From Candidatus Micrarchaeota archaeon (GTDB lineage Archaea > Micrarchaeota > Micrarchaeia > Micrarchaeales > CABMGC01), in contig CAZLPL010000001.1 of NCBI GenBank assembly GCA_964561405.1, positions 1 to 35,036 on the forward strand: a DNA stretch of 35,036 bases. The letters are read 5' to 3'. The notes under the pieces were generated by a model. It worked only from the letters and a program-made list of their open reading frames with translations, did not search any database and had not been told where the DNA came from. Positions 1 to 8,665 of this stretch are shown here, piece by piece (within the stretch, counting starts at the first letter, position 1; each line of letters starts with the position of its first letter). A program made the translations under genes and the position numbers.

Positions 1-479
1 CCAAATCTTGATAGGGCAAGCGCCATCGCCCACCTGTTCTCTCCGCAGAATATGCAGGTTATAGATCCAAGGTAGACTATGGATGTCTTATTGCCAACAT
101 AAAATGCGTGCACCTTGTTTGCTGGGTCAGGATACACCGGATTTGCCAAGGAGCCATTGAGGTACATCATGCCTGCAGTCTCAAAATACTGGTCAGGCGC
201 GTTGTTTATTATGTCTAGCTGCGATACGTTTAGCGGCTGGTCTATGCCTGCAAGGGTCTTTCCAGGAAGCGTGGCGCCAGGGGTCGTATTTAGTGTGGTG
301 TTGCCTACGTAATGCACATTGTTTGTAGCGTTGGTTGCTATGAATATGGACACTATGGAGAGGATTATGGCTATTACACCTATTATGACAGATCCATAGG
401 TCACAAGCCTTAGGCTTCTCGTAGCCATCTCGTACTTTCTAACCGCGCTCCCCGTTTTTGTCGTTTTGTTGCTGGGCAT
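1..479 (-). CDS. DUF929-like membrane-anchored thioredoxin-fold protein, partial (C-terminus runs off the left edge of the window)
   Basis: It is missing from the ORF track because it is open at the window edge. My reverse-complement translation from the ATG at 479 gives MPSNKTTKTGSAVRKYEMATRSLRLVTYGSVIIGVIAIILSIVSIFIATNATNN...IVYLGSITCIFCGENRWAMALALSRFG, with no stop down to base 1. It has one N-terminal TM helix. The CxxC..RW..ALxRFG block matches what I recall as the DUF929 signature. An alternative start is the ATG at 428. Confidence 0.55.
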   Translation of the reverse strand, partial: MPSNKTTKTGSAVRKYEMATRSLRLVTYGSVIIGVIAIILSIVSIFIATNATNNVHYVGNTTLNTTPGATLPGKTLAGIDQPLNVSQLDIINNAPDQYFETAGMMYLNGSLANPVYPDPANKVHAFYVGNKTSIVYLGSITCIFCGENRWAMALALSRF

Positions 480-631
480 CAGTAACCACCGTATAAAGCT
501 TAAACTGACAGCATTATATTGCGCAGGCAAGATATTAAATAGTGCAGGTTTAGGGGCAAATGATGCCTCCTATAAACAGGCACTCGTTAAAGCCATAAAT
601 TCTTTGCGCTCGAACTATTCTTGGTCTTGCC

Positions 632-1975
632 ATGTCATATGATACTATAAGGAAAGAGGATCCCGAGCTTTACGGATATATGAAATCAGAGTTGGAGAGG
701 CAGCAGAATGGGCTTGAGATGATACCGTCAGAGAACTTCACAAGCTATGCGGTCATGGAGGCATCAGGCTCAATGCTGACAAACAAGTATTCTGAAGGGT
801 ATCCGGGAAGGAGGTACTACGGTGGCAATGAATTCATAGACAGGATAGAGACGCTTGCTATAGAGAGGGCAAAGAAGCTTTTTGGAGTTCCGTACGCAAA
901 CGTACAGCCATATTCTGGATCGCCGGCAAACCTTGCAGTGTACCTTGCCCTGTGTGGCGTGGGCGATACGATAATGGGCCTAAGCCTTACTGATGGCGGG
1001 CACCTTACACATGGGTTCAAGGAGAGCGTTACGGGACAGCTATTCAACAGCATACCATATCATGTGAAGGAAGACGGCGGCATAGATTTTGATGAGCTTA
1101 GGAAGAACGTGAAGGAGCATAAGCCCAAGCTCATGTGGGTGGGATACACGGCCTACCCACGCGAATTTCCTTTCGAGAAGTTTGCTGAGATAGCGGATGA
1201 GTGCGGTGCATACCTTGTAGCAGACATATCGCACATATCAGGACTTGTCGCAGGGGGGGTGCATAAGAGCCCTGTGGAATACGCGCATATAATTACCACC
1301 ACTACGCACAAAACGCTTAGGGGGCCCAGAGGGGCAATTATAATGGTTACTGAGAAAGGCCTTAGGAAAGACCCTGACCTTGACAAGAAGATAAGCAAGA
1401 TAATAATACCGGGCATGCAAGGAGGACCGCACAACCACACCACAGCAGGCATTGCTGTGGCGCTTCTGGAGGCTTCGAGGCCAGAATTCAGGCAGTATGC
1501 AGAACAGATAGTCAGGAATGCCAGGGCCCTGTCCGATGAATTCTCAAGGAAAGGCATAAAGATGGTCTCGGGGGGTACGGATACCCACCTCATACTCGTG
1601 GACCTTACTAATTTCGGGGTGGGGCTTGGGATTTTCGCCCAGGAGGGGCTGGACATGGCCGGCATAACAGTAAACAAGAATACGATACCCCGGGAGCCAA
1701 ATTCACCTTTCTATCCAAGCGGCATAAGGCTCGGGACACCAGCACTGACAACGCGTGGCATGAAGGAGGAGGAGATGCGCGAGATAGGGGGGCTGATAGC
1801 CGAAGTGATAAATGAAGTCGAGCAGTACAGGCTGCCCCAGGGCAAGGAAGGCAGGCAGGAGTACCTTGACAAGTTCAGGACTAAGATCCGTGCGAATGCA
1901 AAGCTTGCGGACATAGGGAGAAGGGTACTTACGATAAGCAGCAGATTCCCTTTATATGACGGCATGAAGATGTGA
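632..1975 (+). CDS. glyA: Serine hydroxymethyltransferase
   Basis: 447-aa ORF with textbook SHMT blocks: LEMIPSENFTS, NKYSEGYPGRRYYGG, and the PLP-lysine region TTTTHKTLRGPRG. Confidence 0.95.
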   Translation: MSYDTIRKEDPELYGYMKSELERQQNGLEMIPSENFTSYAVMEASGSMLTNKYSEGYPGRRYYGGNEFIDRIETLAIERAKKLFGVPYANVQPYSGSPANLAVYLALCGVGDTIMGLSLTDGGHLTHGFKESVTGQLFNSIPYHVKEDGGIDFDELRKNVKEHKPKLMWVGYTAYPREFPFEKFAEIADECGAYLVADISHISGLVAGGVHKSPVEYAHIITTTTHKTLRGPRGAIIMVTEKGLRKDPDLDKKISKIIIPGMQGGPHNHTTAGIAVALLEASRPEFRQYAEQIVRNARALSDEFSRKGIKMVSGGTDTHLILVDLTNFGVGLGIFAQEGLDMAGITVNKNTIPREPNSPFYPSGIRLGTPALTTRGMKEEEMREIGGLIAEVINEVEQYRLPQGKEGRQEYLDKFRTKIRANAKLADIGRRVLTISSRFPLYDGMKM

Positions 1976-1979
1976 TAGG

Positions 1980-3686
1980 TCACTTTGCCCCTGACAGTCT
2001 GTTCTTTTTCTGGGCAATTCTTATCTCTGAAGATAATCTGCCCAAGGACTTCTGGCTCATGTCAGTGTAGCTCATGTACCTGGAGATAGATGGATGCACC
2101 CGGGATACTTCAAGATACATCTTCTGCACCAGGTCCCGGTAGTCGGGATGGCCGCCTGGTCCGGTTCTGAGCTCTGCGAAGTGGAACATCTGCCTTGCAT
2201 TGAACGCGTAATACCAGCGTATGTTGAATCCGAAAGTCACCACATACTGGGCTTGGTAAGGCATAGTATCTGCAATGGCATTATAAAGCTTGATGACGCG
2301 CCCCATCTTTTCAGCGTAGTCGTCAGAAATTCCTATGTCGCGGTACTGATCCCGCATGTTATACCCGTGCTTAACGGTGAGCCTCTGCCTCTCCTGCGTT
2401 CCTATCCTGTGCCTGTGGAGGTCGCGATAGATACCTATACGGCAGCATGAGTCGAAAGTGTAATTTACACTTTCGAAGGCACGCCCAGGCTTGTGCCTCC
2501 TATTGTGCCTCTCGCCAACATAATTTGATATTATCATGTCGCGTTCCTTATCGGTCATGGACTCTGCAATCTTCTTAGACTGGGATAGTGAGAATCCCCT
2601 GCTTGACTTATATATTATGAAAGCGGCTATCCTTGACTGGGCAGATGCATTAGGGTCCTGATCACCCATGCCAGTGAAGTCGGAAAGGCTTATCAGGCCT
2701 GTGTCATCTTCAGGCTTCAAGGCTTCGGTAAGGCCTGCAACTGCACGTTCGGAATTGTCCCGGCATGCAGATAGGAATTCCCTCTGGCTTAACCCGTGCT
2801 TGTCGTCTACCCGTTTCAGAAGGGAGGGGATCATCTTCCTTAGCTCATTGAGGAGGCGTTGGCCTATCGAATTGCACTCGTAGAGCGGTGAGGATAGCAG
2901 CCGTATTATAGTGTTCTCGTATGCCCTGGCATTCATGTTTATTCCGGCATTTGTCAGGATGGACATTGGAAGGTAGTCGCGCATGAAATCCAAGGCATTG
3001 GCCTTGACAGAATTCTCATACGCCCTCTGCAGGTCCTTTTCAGAGACCCCAAGGCTCTCCTGCGTGGAGCTGTTAAGTTCTGAAAGCGTTACAGAAGAGG
3101 CACCTATGATGAATCGTTGGTTATCTATGGGATTTGCATCGCGTATGTATTTGGACATGGACTCGGTGTGCTTTGAATAGGAGTCAAATAGGTCGCGCAT
3201 CAGGTTTAGGTACTCATCCATGAACCTTGACCCCATTATTTTTGGATCCTTATAGAACATGTAGTCCCCGTTGCTCAGTTTCTTGTCGAAGGAGACATAG
3301 CGTGTGGATTTCTCTATGTAAGAGCCCATTCTCGAATCCTCAAGCTCCTTTACCGCCAAGTTGGATATAAATTCGCATGATGAAGGTATTCCACCAGACA
3401 TCTCCTGTATGGAATCGTCTCCGTAGTCTACAAGCCACGCTTCGAAGAAATCCCTGCCCCTGTCGCGGTTTGGAAGGAATTCCTTTAGATAAAGCCTCCT
3501 GCCACTTAGGGATGTGCGGCTGTACCTGGATAGCAGCGCGCCTGCCTGCTCGGATGACAAATCATTGCCCACCTTCCACGCGTACACATTGCCATCTATG
3601 TTTGTAACCACCTTTGAGAGAGAAGATGCCTCTTCATCGCTAAACTCCTCGGCCTCTACTTCTTTGTTCTCGTAAAAAGTGATCAT
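1980..3686 (-). CDS. Long two-lobed ThyX-family (flavin-dependent thymidylate synthase-like) protein with a divergent motif
   Basis: 568-aa ORF. The C-terminal half carries YRDLHRHRIGTQERQRLTV, a ThyX-type RHR motif. The size and layout match the long ThyX-related proteins I recall from Thermoplasmata and actinobacteria. The canonical RHRxxSxxxxSxRY is not intact: by my alignment T, R, T and V sit at the S, S, R and Y positions. Confidence 0.6.
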   Translation of the reverse strand: MITFYENKEVEAEEFSDEEASSLSKVVTNIDGNVYAWKVGNDLSSEQAGALLSRYSRTSLSGRRLYLKEFLPNRDRGRDFFEAWLVDYGDDSIQEMSGGIPSSCEFISNLAVKELEDSRMGSYIEKSTRYVSFDKKLSNGDYMFYKDPKIMGSRFMDEYLNLMRDLFDSYSKHTESMSKYIRDANPIDNQRFIIGASSVTLSELNSSTQESLGVSEKDLQRAYENSVKANALDFMRDYLPMSILTNAGINMNARAYENTIIRLLSSPLYECNSIGQRLLNELRKMIPSLLKRVDDKHGLSQREFLSACRDNSERAVAGLTEALKPEDDTGLISLSDFTGMGDQDPNASAQSRIAAFIIYKSSRGFSLSQSKKIAESMTDKERDMIISNYVGERHNRRHKPGRAFESVNYTFDSCCRIGIYRDLHRHRIGTQERQRLTVKHGYNMRDQYRDIGISDDYAEKMGRVIKLYNAIADTMPYQAQYVVTFGFNIRWYYAFNARQMFHFAELRTGPGGHPDYRDLVQKMYLEVSRVHPSISRYMSYTDMSQKSLGRLSSEIRIAQKKNRLSGAK

Positions 3687-3847
3687 GCTCTTGGGGATTT
3701 AACCACCCAATAGCTTTGGCTGCAAAATGATTTATAGGGATATATGCGCCTTGCGGAAGTGCAGTTCAGCAGAGGCCGGATGGGCTCGTAGCAGAACCTT
3801 ACAGTTTTTGGCCAAATATTCAACTTTTTTTTGAAAGAAAGCAAATA

Positions 3848-3857
3848 TTTATATATA
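3848..3857 (+). promoter_or_regulatory. TATA-box-like element (TTTATATATA) for the wHTH-grpE-dnaK-dnaJ unit
   Basis: This is the strongest TATA-like run in the divergent intergenic region. It lies 22-31 nt upstream of the ATG at 3879, spacing that fits a leaderless or near-leaderless archaeal transcript. An 8-nt direct repeat CAAATATT occurs at 3813-3820 and 3842-3849. Confidence 0.35.
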
Positions 3858-3878
3858 AGTTAGTTTTTAATTAAACGT

Positions 3879-4307
3879 ATGGCGGTTACAGAGAAGATTG
3901 TGCTCAGGTATGTGAACAGGCCATCCAACATGGACATCCAGGAGCTTACTGGATGGTTCATGAAAGTCTTCGACCTTGGAGACAGCGAGGATTGGCTCGA
4001 GCCGGCCATATTCAAAGAGATCGTAGCCAATATGGCAGGTGGTAAGGGGGTGACGAGCAAGGTGCTGAACAGGAAGCTCGATGTGCCGAGAAGCACCATA
4101 ATATACCACCTTAACAGGTTCATATGTTCCGGGCTCGTAGTCAGAAGGGGCAGGAAATACTACCTGCGCTCCGAAGACATGCGTGGTACTATAGACGAGC
4201 TGCGTGCTGACATGGAAAGGGAGTTTAGCAGGATGATGCAGTTTGCGGATATGTTTGACAGTTTGCTAGAGGATGGTGCTTATGACAGGAAAAAACCTAG
4301 AAAATGA
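3879..4307 (+). CDS. Winged-helix DNA-binding protein; candidate regulator of the hsp70 operon
   Basis: 142-aa ORF. The segment SKVLNRKLDVPRSTIIYHLNRFICSGLVVRRGRKYYLR looks like an ArsR/MarR-style helix-turn-helix plus wing. Its 3' end overlaps the grpE start (4273) by 35 nt. Confidence 0.55.
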   Translation: MAVTEKIVLRYVNRPSNMDIQELTGWFMKVFDLGDSEDWLEPAIFKEIVANMAGGKGVTSKVLNRKLDVPRSTIIYHLNRFICSGLVVRRGRKYYLRSEDMRGTIDELRADMEREFSRMMQFADMFDSLLEDGAYDRKKPRK

Positions 4308-4797
4308 TGAAATTAAAGATGATGAGAAGGTCGAGATGCCTGAAACAGAGAAGGAGGCAGCGGATCTTAGGGATAGGCTGCTCAGGATGGCTGCCGAGTT
4401 CGACAACTACAAGAAGAGGGTTGCCAAAGACATAGATGTCTCAAAAGAGAGCGGCAGGGTGGATGTCATATCAAGGCTGCTTCCCACGGTTGATGAGTTC
4501 GAGCTTGCGCTGGATGCGCTAGACATGGAGGATGAGAAATTGAAGGGCATGTCCCTCATATACTCGAACATGATGTCCACCTTAAAAGGGTTTGGGCTGA
4601 GGGAGATAGACGTCGATGGCAAGTTTGACCCTTACAAACATGAGATAATGCTTGTGCAGGACAGTGATGGTGAAGAAGGAATGATATTGAAAGTTGTTAG
4701 GAAGGGATATATGCTAAACTCATTTATGCTTAGACCGGCTTCGGTGATAGTTGCCAAGAGAGTGCAACAGGAAGACGGTAAGGAGAAAAAAGGTTGA
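4273..4797 (+). CDS. grpE: Nucleotide exchange factor GrpE
   Basis: [18 protein letters not shown] is the conserved GrpE helix motif. The C-terminal beta-domain contains [17 protein letters not shown]. The gene sits directly upstream of dnaK. An alternative start is the ATG at 4282. Confidence 0.9.
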   Translation: MVLMTGKNLENDEIKDDEKVEMPETEKEAADLRDRLLRMAAEFDNYKKRVAKDIDVSKESGRVDVISRLLPTVDEFELALDALDMEDEKLKGMSLIYSNMMSTLKGFGLREIDVDGKFDPYKHEIMLVQDSDGEEGMILKVVRKGYMLNSFMLRPASVIVAKRVQQEDGKEKKG

Positions 4798-4802
4798 TAC
4801 AA

Positions 4803-6653
4803 ATGAAAATAATTGGAATAGACTTAGGTACGTCAAATTCGGCTGCAGCAGTTCTTGAAGGAGGAAGGCCGGTGCTAATACCCAGCGCTGAAGGCACCTC
4901 GCTTTACGGAAAGTCTTTCCCTAGCTATGTCGCATTCACAAAGGATGGCGACAGGCTTCTTGGAGAACCTGCCAGGAGACAGGCAGTAGCCAACCCAGAA
5001 GGCACTGTGAACGCCTTCAAGAGGAAGATGGGCACTGATTTCAAGTATAATATAATGGGAAAGGCATATTCACCGCAGGAACTCTCTGCAATGCTGTTGC
5101 AGAAGATAAAGAAGGATGCCGAGGCATTTCTGGGAGAGGAAGTGAAGAAGGCAGTTATAACTGTGCCGGCTTACTTCAACGATAATCAGAGGCAGGCCAC
5201 AAAAGATGCCGGTCAGATAGCAGGGCTTGAAGTGGTGAGATTGGTTAACGAGCCCACTGCAGCAGCACTGGCATACGGGCTGGATAAGCTAAACAAGGAG
5301 ATGAGGATACTTGTATACGACCTTGGAGGAGGTACATTAGACGTTACAATCATGGAGTTCGGCAACGGTGTGTTCGAAGTCAAGTCAACTAGCGGAGACA
5401 CGCAGCTTGGAGGCACTGATATGGACAATGCGCTTGTAGAATTCCTGCTCGATGAAGTAAAGAGGAGTGCAGGAGTTGACCTAAGAAACGACAAGCAGGC
5501 GGAGCAGAGGATACGCGAGGCGGCTGAGAAATCCAAGATAGAGCTATCGACAACCATGACCAGTGAAATAAACCTCCCGTTCCTCACCATGGGCCCTGGG
5601 AACGCGCCGGTACACTTTACATACAAGCTAACCCGTGCAAAACTTGAGGACATAGTGCAGCCCATAGTTGAGAGGACGGTTAGGCCCGTTACACAGGCAT
5701 TGAAGGACGCTTCAGTGGATCCCAACCAGATAGACAAGGTGATAATGGTTGGAGGACCTACTAGGATGCCAATAGTGCAAAGGTACGTGGAACAGTTTCT
5801 TGGTAAGAAGATAGAACGTGGAGTGGACCCGATGGAAGCTGTGGCTTTCGGTGCCGCAGTTCAGGCAGGAGTCCTCACTGGAGAGGTGAAGGATGTAGTT
5901 CTCCTTGACGTGACACCGCTATCTCTCGGGCTTGAGACCCTTGGCGGAGTGATGACAAAACTGATAGACAGGAACACCACCATACCTATAAAGAAGACGC
6001 AGGTATTCACCACTGCAGAGGACAACCAGCCCGCAGTTGACATCCATATACTCCAGGGAGAGAGACCCCTTGCAAAGGATAACATGGAACTTGGAAGATT
6101 CGAACTTACAGGCATACCACCGGCAAGGAGGGGAGTTCCACAGGTAGAGGTGACGTTTGACATAGACGCAAACGGCATAATACATGTGAGCGCAAAGGAC
6201 AAGGCTACAGGAAAGGAGCAGTCCATGCAGGTAATAGCTAAGAACAAGATGGGCAAGGACGATATAGAGAAGAAGATGAAGGAGGCAGAGCAGTACGCTG
6301 AGGAGGACAAGAAGACACTTGAGAACATACAGATAAAGAACGAGGCAGAGTCCACTCTTTACACAACCGAAAGGACACTTAAGGATTATAAGGAGAAGAT
6401 GCCAAAGGAGGTGTACGACAAGGTGGAAGCGGCCAGGAACGAGCTTGACATGTCGCTCAAAGGAGACGACTATGCAAAGATGAAGGAGAAGCTCGATGCC
6501 CTTAAGGATGCGCTTCAGAGCGTAGGCGGAAGCATGTACGGGACAGGAGCTGGAGGCCAGGAGCCTTCCGCAGAACAGGCCGGATCTGGAGGAGACTCCG
6601 GCCATGGAACTGCACCAGGGGAAGAGCCGCCCAAGTCATCAGGAGTGCAATAA
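4803..6653 (+). CDS. dnaK: Hsp70 chaperone DnaK
   Basis: Hsp70 signatures are present: [45 protein letters not shown] and VGGPTRMP. The track ORF starts at TTG 4794. I prefer the in-frame ATG at 4803 (MKIIGIDLG). Confidence 0.96.
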   Translation: MKIIGIDLGTSNSAAAVLEGGRPVLIPSAEGTSLYGKSFPSYVAFTKDGDRLLGEPARRQAVANPEGTVNAFKRKMGTDFKYNIMGKAYSPQELSAMLLQKIKKDAEAFLGEEVKKAVITVPAYFNDNQRQATKDAGQIAGLEVVRLVNEPTAAALAYGLDKLNKEMRILVYDLGGGTLDVTIMEFGNGVFEVKSTSGDTQLGGTDMDNALVEFLLDEVKRSAGVDLRNDKQAEQRIREAAEKSKIELSTTMTSEINLPFLTMGPGNAPVHFTYKLTRAKLEDIVQPIVERTVRPVTQALKDASVDPNQIDKVIMVGGPTRMPIVQRYVEQFLGKKIERGVDPMEAVAFGAAVQAGVLTGEVKDVVLLDVTPLSLGLETLGGVMTKLIDRNTTIPIKKTQVFTTAEDNQPAVDIHILQGERPLAKDNMELGRFELTGIPPARRGVPQVEVTFDIDANGIIHVSAKDKATGKEQSMQVIAKNKMGKDDIEKKMKEAEQYAEEDKKTLENIQIKNEAESTLYTTERTLKDYKEKMPKEVYDKVEAARNELDMSLKGDDYAKMKEKLDALKDALQSVGGSMYGTGAGGQEPSAEQAGSGGDSGHGTAPGEEPPKSSGVQ

Positions 6654-7355
6654 ATGGCAAAGGACTACTACGAAGTGCTAGGAGTACCGAAAGGTGCAAG
6701 CCAGGAACAGATAAAGAAGGCTTACCGTGAGCTTGCGCTACGCTACCACCCTGACCGCAACAAGGACAATGACGCTGAGGCGAAGTTCAAGGAGATAAAC
6801 GAGGCTTATGCAGTACTTGGAGACGAGCAGAAGAGGAAGCAGTATGACGCGTACGGACCGGCAGGATTCGGCCAGAAGTTCTCTGAGGAGGATATATTCA
6901 GAGGCTTTGACTTTGACCAGGTCTTCCAGAACATGCAGGAGGGACTCTTCGGATTCCAGAACTTCGGAGGCTTCAACGAGCCTCCGGAGCAGACCGGAAT
7001 CACGCTGAACCTCTCGTTCGAAGACATCGAAAGAGGAATGGATCGGGAATTCGAGGTGAAGAGATTCAAGACATGCCCAAACTGCAGGGGCAGCGGAGGG
7101 GAGCCGGGTTCTAGGGATATAAGGTGCCCGGCATGTAATGGCTCCGGAAGGAGGAGAGTACAGCAGAATTCGTTCTTCGGGAGGTTTGAGATGGTGACTG
7201 TGTGCGATAAGTGCAGGGGGCGAGGCCAGTTGCATGAAAAGTCCTGCAGGTCGTGCAGAGGCAAGGGAAAGGTTGTTGTAAACGAGAGGTTCAGGATAAA
7301 GGTAGAACAATCGGATGAAGGCGCTGGAGGATCTAAGCGATTTGGAATCTTCTGA
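6654..7355 (+). CDS. dnaJ: DnaJ co-chaperone, C-terminally truncated (J domain, G/F region and zinc-finger domain only)
   Basis: It has DYYEVLGV...YHPDRNK (HPD), a G/F stretch FGFQNFGGF, and four CxxCxGxG motifs ([32 protein letters not shown]). The ORF stops about 26 aa after the last zinc motif, giving 233 aa against roughly 370 aa for a typical type-I DnaJ. Its ATG directly abuts the dnaK stop. Confidence 0.85.
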   Translation: MAKDYYEVLGVPKGASQEQIKKAYRELALRYHPDRNKDNDAEAKFKEINEAYAVLGDEQKRKQYDAYGPAGFGQKFSEEDIFRGFDFDQVFQNMQEGLFGFQNFGGFNEPPEQTGITLNLSFEDIERGMDREFEVKRFKTCPNCRGSGGEPGSRDIRCPACNGSGRRRVQQNSFFGRFEMVTVCDKCRGRGQLHEKSCRSCRGKGKVVVNERFRIKVEQSDEGAGGSKRFGIF

Positions 7356-7377
7356 CCAGAATCTGCACGCTTTTTCA

Positions 7378-7385
7378 ACTCTTTT
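7378..7385. repeat. Left copy of the 8-bp target-site duplication ACTCTTTT
   Basis: It is identical to 8367-8374, and each copy directly abuts an IS terminus. Confidence 0.6.
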
Positions 7386-7402
7386 GGCTCTGTAGAATTC
7401 CT
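7386..7402. repeat. Left terminal inverted repeat of the IS
   Basis: GGCTCTGTAGAATTCCT matches the reverse complement of 8343-8359 at 15 of 17 positions. Confidence 0.65.
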
Positions 7403-7464
7403 CTATTCAATATAAATGCCTACGGATTTTAACCCTTCGGTAATGGTTGCTATTTGGCGACAAC

Positions 7465-8403
7465 ATGAAAGAGAAAGGTGACTCTAGGTATAAGAGGTTT
7501 ATTGAAACAGCGTTTAGGGAGGTAAGTAGAGCACTAAGGCAGTACTATGACAGGTTCTCGAAGAAAACATATACGCAACGTCAACTTGCAGTTGCAATAT
7601 TGTTAATGAAATACGAGGACAAGACGTACAGAGATATCGCAGATTTGTTGGCTGAATTTGCAGTCTATTTTGAGTTCGAGAAAAACATACCACACTTCAC
7701 TACCTTGCAAAAGTTCTTCCTCAGGATACCAACATATGTTTGGGAATTCCTATTTACCAAGACGTACGAATTGTTTGCAGGAGATGTTGCAAATATTGCT
7801 ATAGATTCAAGGGATTATAGGCTATATCATACTTCACAGCATTATGAACAGAGAATTGGCAGGAAACGGTACCGTAAAAGTTTCATGAAGCACATTCTAT
7901 CGATAGATTCTGACAGTCAGGCGATAGTCGTTTCCGAAAGCAGAAGGTTCTGCATAAATGACAACATAACATTTAGGCCGATGCTGAAGAAGACAAAAGA
8001 CATAATTGATGTGGACAATGCAACTGCTGACAAAGGATACGACTCTGAGGGGAACCACAGATTTGCACATAGAGAGGCAGGTGCAAATTCTGTCATACCA
8101 TTGCGATATGAAGTCCCACTACGGCGAACGACAGGATTCTACAGGAGGAAACTGCGACGCAATTTCCCTTACGACATCTATCACCAGAGAAGTAAAGTTG
8201 AGGCCGTAAATTCGGTGCAGAAGAGAAAGTTTGGTGATGAACTGCGTAGCAGACTCTTGAAAATGCAGAGAAGAGAGATGAAGGTTGTTGCTGTTGTTTA
8301 CAACATCCACCGATACATCAGCTACTTTGTATCGGTGTTCCTAGGATTTCTACAAAGCCCAAAGCCACTCTTTTATATCTTTGTGCGCATTATTGATGTG
8401 TGA
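7465..8403 (+). CDS. DDE transposase (IS4/IS5 type)
   Basis: Candidate catalytic residues lie in IAIDSRDY, ADKGYDS and the Y(2)R(3)E(6)K signature YHQRSKVEAVNSVQK. The track start is TTG 7447; I prefer the ATG at 7465. The reading frame stays open through the right inverted repeat and stops 37 nt outside the element. Confidence 0.8.
   Translation: MKEKGDSRYKRFIETAFREVSRALRQYYDRFSKKTYTQRQLAVAILLMKYEDKTYRDIADLLAEFAVYFEFEKNIPHFTTLQKFFLRIPTYVWEFLFTKTYELFAGDVANIAIDSRDYRLYHTSQHYEQRIGRKRYRKSFMKHILSIDSDSQAIVVSESRRFCINDNITFRPMLKKTKDIIDVDNATADKGYDSEGNHRFAHREAGANSVIPLRYEVPLRRTTGFYRRKLRRNFPYDIYHQRSKVEAVNSVQKRKFGDELRSRLLKMQRREMKVVAVVYNIHRYISYFVSVFLGFLQSPKPLFYIFVRIIDV
8343..8366. repeat. Right terminal inverted repeat of the IS, with a tandemly duplicated terminal heptamer
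   Basis: Read from the outside in (reverse complement), it is GGCTTTG GGCTTTG TAGAAATCCT. The outermost 7 nt are an extra tandem copy relative to the left end. Confidence 0.55.
8367..8374. repeat. Right copy of the 8-bp target-site duplication ACTCTTTT
   Basis: It is identical to 7378-7385. Confidence 0.6.
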
Positions 8404-8451
8404 TGAATTCAACGTCTGATTTGGTGATGACGATCTTGAGTGCTGATTGAA

Positions 8452-8661
8452 ATGGCAGCAATATCAAGGAGCTCTATAAAGGCCCTCCTAAAGAGGAAGT
8501 TTGGCGTCAACATAACGGAAAGCGGTGCAGACGAGCTCGCTAGGATACTGGAGGATGAGGCGAAGAAGATAGCCTCGGCGGCAGTTACAAACGCCAGGAA
8601 GGACAAGAGGGACAAGGTTACCAGGTCCGATATAAAGGAATATGTTATAAAAGGGAGGTGA
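8452..8661 (+). CDS. Archaeal histone-fold protein
   Basis: It is 69 aa from the ATG at 8452 (the track starts at GTG 8440). ISRSSIKALLKRKFGVNITESGADELARILEDEAKKIASAAVTNARKDKRDKVTRSDIKEYV aligns by eye to the helix-loop-helix-loop-helix pattern of HMf-type histones, but the loop-2 RKT region is divergent. Confidence 0.75.
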   Translation: MAAISRSSIKALLKRKFGVNITESGADELARILEDEAKKIASAAVTNARKDKRDKVTRSDIKEYVIKGR

Positions 8662-8665
8662 GGAG

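Larger units (their letters stand above)
7386..8366 (+). mobile_element. Insertion sequence, IS4/IS5-type DDE family (possibly ISH1/IS903-like IS5 subgroup), 981 bp
   Basis: The termini are imperfect inverted repeats: GGCTCTGTAGAATTCCT on the left, and GGCTTTGTAGAAATCCT as the reverse complement on the right. They are flanked by the 8-bp direct repeat ACTCTTTT. A single transposase ORF fills the element. Confidence 0.75.

Noticed and set aside
115-312. 65-aa plus-strand ORF at the left end
   Set aside because: It lies antisense inside the much better supported DUF929-like gene (1-479, minus strand). It has a TTG start and low-complexity content, so it is a shadow ORF.
817-1983. Several minus-strand ORFs (78-174 aa) within glyA
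   Set aside because: They are antisense shadow ORFs inside a strongly conserved SHMT gene, with no recognisable motifs.
5213-7378. Long antisense ORFs (164-228 aa) across dnaK and dnaJ
   Set aside because: They are Cys/Ser/Leu-rich low-complexity translations opposite unmistakable Hsp70/DnaJ coding sequence, typical of shadow frames.
7356-7385. IS-mediated deletion as the cause of the dnaJ truncation
   Set aside because: The IS retains a perfect 8-bp target-site duplication. That would be lost if an adjacent deletion had followed the insertion. In addition, the dnaJ stop lies 30 bp outside the element.
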